Assembly (NCBI GenBank): GCA_000934665.2
Contig: JYFJ02003730.1
Span: 1-38,345 of the forward strand
DNA length: 38,345 nt
Source: Catajapyx aquilonaris
Lineage: Eukaryota
Direction: 5' to 3'
Each line of letters starts with the position of its first letter. Position 1 is the first letter of the stretch. The translations under genes were made by a program, and so were the position numbers. Below, one piece after another: positions 33,401 through 38,345 of the stretch. The notes beneath the pieces are model-generated. The model did no database searches, was not told the DNA's origin, and worked only from the letters and a program-made list of their open reading frames with translations.

Positions 33401-33689
33401 TATTGTTGTGTAACACATCAGTGTGCCCCCTTGGATAAGGTTGTTGTCTTTGTCAAAGTTTTACTTACTGCTATGCATTGTATAATGATGGTGACTCAGT
33501 CTGCCTGGGGATTGAACTCATGGGGATGGAAGGTAGTGGCCTAAACCATTACATCAACATGCTACTGTATACCTTCCAAATATGGAAGAGGATATAGTCG
33601 AGAAGTAAATACTGCATAAAAGCACATGCGGGAGACGACTGTGAATTTCTCTCTCTGCGTACAGAAAATCTGGGTACTAGGAACACTTG

Positions 33690-33815
33690 TGCCTGATTGC
33701 ACCAATGAAATTACAGATTCGATAGCTCCTACAGATCATTAGGACACGTTGAAAGGGCTCCTAACGATCCATTAGGAGCTATGGGAACGGTAATTTCGGT
33801 TGGTGCAATCGGGCA
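33690..33815. mobile_element. Hairpin MITE (PIF/Harbinger-like)
   Basis: tgcctgattgcaccaatgaaattac...gtaatttcggttggtgcaatcgggca|TTA; whole element folds back. Confidence 0.75.
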
Positions 33816-34902
33816 TTAGCAGTTTTGCATTCTTTTATGATGTGCAAGTTTGTTATTTGCACCATAACTTTCTATCATTAAACTCCATAAATTGCCACTG
33901 GTGTATGTGTAATCCCTTTTTACATGAAGTGCTTCAATTACTTTTTTGTCAGTTGTGTATTTTTGACACCAGACAAATCCAGTATTTTTATTTGCTGAAA
34001 TCATATTACTCTTTGACTTGTGCTCATAGTGAGACTGAGGTGGTTTTGCAAGCAGCTTTAATTTCAGATTTGCTCTGCAGCGGACAAAGACCTTGCAGGT
34101 AAGAAATGGTGAAATCCTATATGAAATCCCTTGTACGGTTTATTAATTCAGTGGCAAAGCACTAATTCATGGCATTGATTTTCTTACAGTGTAGGTGCGT
34201 GTGTCTGTTTTTGTTGGACACCAAAGGGTACTGCAAAATAAGAATTTTCATGATATATACCAGGGTTGTCTGATAATTATTGGCAACACCATTACCACTC
34301 GGCACCCCAGGCCGCCAGGACCGAATGTAGATAGGTACCTTTAGAGTCAGCCCTTGGTACCATTTGTGAAGCAGTCACAGCAGTATGTGCATAGCAGTGC
34401 CTGTTCAAAGTGTACCCATTTACTTGAGCACCCTGAGACAACCATGCTTCACCAAGATTCCTGTTTCACATGGAAAATCTGCCAGACAGCACCATCAAGG
34501 TCTTGTGCAGATGTGTGGTGACTGCCTCCCGTATCACTATTGCTGACAGGCTTTTAAAGAAGGCCCCCTCACGTACCATAACAAACCCGACCCATGGTGA
34601 AGCTGTGACAGCTTTGTTGGATATGGACCCACGACGACTCTTGCTGTCATGTGGCCATTGCTGTTCGGAAATGAGAATGGAGCCAAGGGCTGGATTAAGT
34701 CTACCAGGTCAGTCATTGGACAGGACGTAAACAAGCCACGTGACATCACTCGGTGCATGGTGCGCTCTCCCTCTCCCTATGTAATGTGTGATTCGGCACA
34801 GTTTGAATGCTTTGCAATTTGATTACTATGACAGCCATATATTTTTGATTGGTTTGTCAACATGTTTTGATATGTACGCAATGATTAATATCATGGGATT
34901 AC

Positions 34903-35358
34903 CAGTGCCGGATTTACCCCCTCCGCCGCCCCTAGGCAGTTGAGATCCCCCCCCATGTCGTTTGTTTTTTTTTTTGCTGAGTTCTCTCCTTCATTTCATT
35001 TTATTTTATTCAAATTTTATATTCCAACTCTTTAAACTTATGGCCGCCCTTAGGCTTTTCTGCATAGTGGCAAATCCGGCAATGGGAACCACCCTGCGAA
35101 ATTTATAAATTGTTTAAATGATTTCGCCTTTATTTCTTATTATTGTAGCCTATTTGAAAAATATTTATTGGAACTTGCGGCCGACCTAGGCAATTTCCTA
35201 CTCTGCCCATGGTAAATCCGGCGCTGCTTCCAGTCGCGTAATTATTATTTTATTAATCATTTTTCGTTTACATTCTTTTGTGTGCCTAAATTTGCCGCCC
35301 CTTGAAATCTGCCGCCCTAGGCAACTGCCTAGGTTGCCTTGCCGCAAATCCAGCACTG
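34903..35358. mobile_element. hAT-like MITE
   Basis: CAGTGCCGGATTT ... AAATCCAGCACTG; flanks gggattac / gtaattac (6/8 TSD); repeated gccgcccctaggc subterminal motifs. Confidence 0.75.
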
Positions 35359-35456
35359 GTAATTACCAAGCAGTTTAATGTACGTAATGTAGCCTACAAA
35401 TCAAAGCAGACATCAAAGTTGTGCATCTTGCGCCTCTTTTGCCGGGTCTTGATGTG

Positions 35457-36719
35457 TCTCATGCATGTGTTAGGCTCAAACCCCGAAAACGGCCATTGCG
35501 CGAAAAAACCGTCCATTCTGCAGAATGATCTGTGCCAAACCATCCATTCTGCGGAATGCTCATTGTCCAACCATCTATTCTGCAGAATGGACGGTTTGAC
35601 ATGGAGCATTCTGCAGAATGGATGTTTTAAACAGTTTTAAACCGTCCATTCTGCAGAATGCTCCTTTCTCTTTAATGAAACGTTTAATGAAACGGCCAGA
35701 GCCCGAAATGCTCTTTTTAAGGCCAGAACGCTTTCCTGGGCGAAACTTACACGTCAGGACTCCAATTTCGTGTCGGGATGGCTGGTTTAGAAGACGCCCA
35801 TAACTCGTGGCAGTTTCCTGTTTCCCACTGTGCCATGTAGAAGCTGGAAATAAATCACCCTATTGTTGTTTGGCAAATGGTTGAAATACTTAACATTTGA
35901 TGATGCTGTTTATTTTCCAGGAACTCTTACCTTCATCAGAAGAGGCGGGATTCCAATGTCCCCTATAGGTCCATTTGTGTCCTGTTGAAATTTGAGTTTT
36001 TGTTGTCATAAAGTATATATGGGCTTATATGGCTTTGGAAAAATCTTCCGATTTTTGTGCTTGGACCAAGAGACATTTGGTGTATTCTGACCTCAGGAGG
36101 AGGTGGGGAGTACCATAAGCTACCAATATACTGTATGTCCTCAGCTCATTTTTTAAAATATGGACTTAGGGGACCTTGGAATCCGCCTCTAGTGTTGTAA
36201 CACTTAGTCACACAACAACTTAATCTCAACAGGACACAAATGGACCTAGGGGACATTGGAATGCCGCCTCTTCTGATGAAGGTAAGAGTTCCTGGAAAAT
36301 AAACAGCATCATCAAATGTTAAGTATTTCAACCATTTGCCAAACAACAATAGGGTGATTTATTTCCAGCTAAGAGCTTCTACATGGCACAGTGGGAAATA
36401 GGAAACTGCCACAACGAGTTATGGGCGTCTTCTAAACCAGCCATCCCGACACGAAATTGGCGTCCTGACGTGTAAGTTTCGCCCAGGAAAGCGTTCTGGC
36501 CTTAAAAAGTGCATTTCGGGCTCTGGCCGTTTCATTAAACCTTCCATTCTGCAGAATGGATGGTTTGAGAAAGGAGCATTCTGCAGAATGGACTGTTTCA
36601 AACTGTTTAAAACATCCATTCTGCAGAATGGACGGTTTGGCACAGATCATTCTGCAGAATGGATGGTTTTTTCGCGCAATGGCCGTTTTTGGGGTTTGAG
36701 CCTAACACATACATTGAGA
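35457..36719. mobile_element. Long foldback element: ~500-530-bp arms (35457-~35990 / ~36226-36719)
   Basis: Arms nearly identical in inverted orientation; both carry arrays of the palindrome CATTCTGCAGAATG. Confidence 0.9.
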
Positions 36720-36950
36720 TGTAATTTAGAAAGTCCCACATCTTACGGAATACACGATGATTGGTACAGGGACATACGGGACATTCCTTTTCAACACTCG
36801 GCATAGACCCTTGAATCAGTCAACATGAGTGGATAATAATGACTTGCCGTGATAACACTATGCAACACAATTTTTGTCCATGGAAATTCATCTCTATACA
36901 GTAAGTAGGCAACCCGTTTTACGCCTCTTCATTTTATGCCATTTCACATT

Positions 36951-36971
36951 AACAACAACAACAACAACAAC
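36951..36971. repeat. (AAC)7 microsatellite, possibly the (TTG)n tail of a minus-strand retroposon
   Basis: aacaacaacaacaacaacaac followed by atcacgacatttccctatgagggg. Confidence 0.7.
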
Positions 36972-37332
36972 ATCACGACATTTCCCTATGAGGGGTAGTC
37001 AGCGATGAAGGGAGATGCAAGCTAACCCAACATATGAACTAATAAAACTCATGAGAAAGAACCTAAAAACAACCTGTCCCACCCCCCCACCCCTGCCCAC
37101 CTCAGACATCACCTTATCCGCCGGGTTAAAAATTGTTTCAAAATTTTTGAACGGAAAGATATGAAAATAACAACACGATATAAGCATAAGCATATCACTG
37201 CAACAATTACGAGTCCAAACACACGACCGTAAAGGCTCTTTTTGTGTTTTGTGGTGCCTTGTGGCGGGTCCTATCGATGTATACAGTACCATATTGTTGG
37301 TCTTGGCACTTTCAAAAGTTTGTCCCCCGAAT

Positions 37333-37412
37333 TCATTTATCATTTACATAATTTACATCATTTATCATTTACATCATTTATCATTTATCATTTACATCAT
37401 TTACATCATTTA
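37333..37412. repeat. Tandem ATCATTT / ACATCATTT (7/9-bp unit) repeat
   Basis: About ten mixed units directly visible. Confidence 0.9.
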
Positions 37413-37989
37413 CACCCTATATAAAGCCCCTATCCGACGAGGAGGATGGAAAAGATTTTGCACTTCCCGAGGTCGTAGAGCTGTGGTCAAAATTCCGTTG
37501 GATTCCTTGCACCCGATATACATTGGCCAAAAATCCTCAAAATCCCAAAATTCCCAGCCGTTTTCGAGATGGCCAAAAGTCGACTTTTGCACGTACGCCA
37601 CCTCACCACCTGGACCATCTGCTTGTCGTTAAGCCGGGATAGAACAATGGTCCATCCACCCTCACCTCCGGAGACCTCTCAGCTCACATATGGTTACACA
37701 TATGGCGCAGCCCCACGGCCGGGGGGGGGGGGACATATATGTTGACAAACCAATCAAAAATATGTAGTTGTAATCAATCAATGTAAATAAATAAATAAAT
37801 AAATAAATGTAAATCAATGTAATCAAATTGCAAAGCATTCAAACTGTGCCGAATCATTACATCTAGGGGAAGGGAGAGTGCGCCATGCACCAAGTTACAT
37901 TACAGTGCACGTCTGTGAAGTTGGCGTAGCCAGTCGCCCGAATTACCTTTACCTGTCCAGTGATGTAGGCAAATTGTTCCAAGAGAGTT

Positions 37990-38250
37990 CCACGTTGTTC
38001 CACTGGCTGATCAATTTGTTCATATCACGGAAACTTTTTATTTAAAAAATTAATTGGCGGTGCCAAATTCACGACCGGCACCACCAACTACATATTTGGC
38101 ACAAAAAACATTGCGGATGGCTGGTTCTGAATTGAGTGCCACGTTGTTCCACCTCCAGATCAATTTGTTCAATTTGTTCCTGTCTCGTTTTTCTATTTTT
38201 AAAAATAACTTGACGGTGCCAACTTCACGGTGGCTCCTCTAACTACATAT
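37990..38250. repeat. Diverged ~150-bp tandem duplication
   Basis: ccacgttgttccac...gatcaatttgttca at 37990 and 38139; g(g/a)cggtgccaa(a/c)ttcacg...aactacatat at 38056 and 38212. Confidence 0.7.
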
Positions 38251-38345
38251 CCCACCAAAAACCTTTCTGTAAAAAAGGCCAAGTTCTCCTGACTGCTTGG
38301 CCGTCAAAAGTGGTGAGATCTGAAATACGGCCAAGTTCAACGTCG

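Larger units (their letters stand above)
34714..37962. mobile_element. Large inverted-repeat-bounded composite element (~3.2 kb)
   Basis: CATTGGACAGG / CCTGTCCAGTG outer ends; ~110-bp inverted match ggtgcatggtgcgctctccct...gattcggcacagtttgaatgctttgcaatttgattac...atttttgattggtttgtcaacat (34753-34863) vs 37739-37892. Confidence 0.7.

Noticed and set aside
34060..34104. Exon-like signals (tttcag ... cag|gtaaga) downstream of gek
   Set aside because: No coding similarity or partner exon; such motifs arise by chance.
34261..34435. Tc1/mariner-like MITE (cagggt...accctg)
   Set aside because: Inverted match is short and degenerate with no TA flanks.
35514..35660. CRISPR-like array of palindromic repeats
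   Set aside because: Repeat is only 14 bp, the 17-26-bp spacers resemble each other, the array is mirrored in a foldback arm, there are no cas genes and the context is eukaryotic.
35302..36806. Paired near-identical ORFs on opposite strands (PSILQN repeats)
   Set aside because: By-products of the inverted arms and the palindromic repeat; no recognisable protein features.
37249..37632. 127-aa ORF with IIYIIY/HHLHH repeats
   Set aside because: Translation of the ATCATTT tandem repeat.
232..38242. Remaining short six-frame ORFs as independent genes
   Set aside because: They are antisense or off-frame shadows of gek exons, or lie in repeats and introns without recognisable domains.

Overview
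Eukaryotic (arthropod/insect-like) genomic DNA. The window holds the 3' part of a + strand genghis khan (gek)/MRCK (CDC42-binding protein kinase) gene. I reconstructed 27 phase-compatible GT-AG coding exons from 2981 to the TAG at 29844-29846 (4458 nt, about 1485 aa): kinase C-lobe end/AGC tail, coiled coil, C1, PH, CNH, CRIB and a Pro/Ser-rich tail. The catalytic core lies upstream of the window. The large introns and the downstream flank are packed with non-autonomous DNA transposons (Tc1/mariner-, pogo-, hAT-, piggyBac-, Kolobok-, P- and Harbinger-like MITEs), one full-length tRNA-derived SINE with a 17-bp TSD, and two long foldback structures (17342-18994 and 35457-36719). The second foldback carries a 31-bp-periodic array of a 14-bp palindrome and sits inside a still larger inverted-repeat pair. 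Candidate unannotated splice signals could give CRIB-less or tail-less isoforms. I found no prokaryotic-type system and no intact transposase. All coordinates were read by eye, and TE family labels rest on terminus/TSD signatures only.
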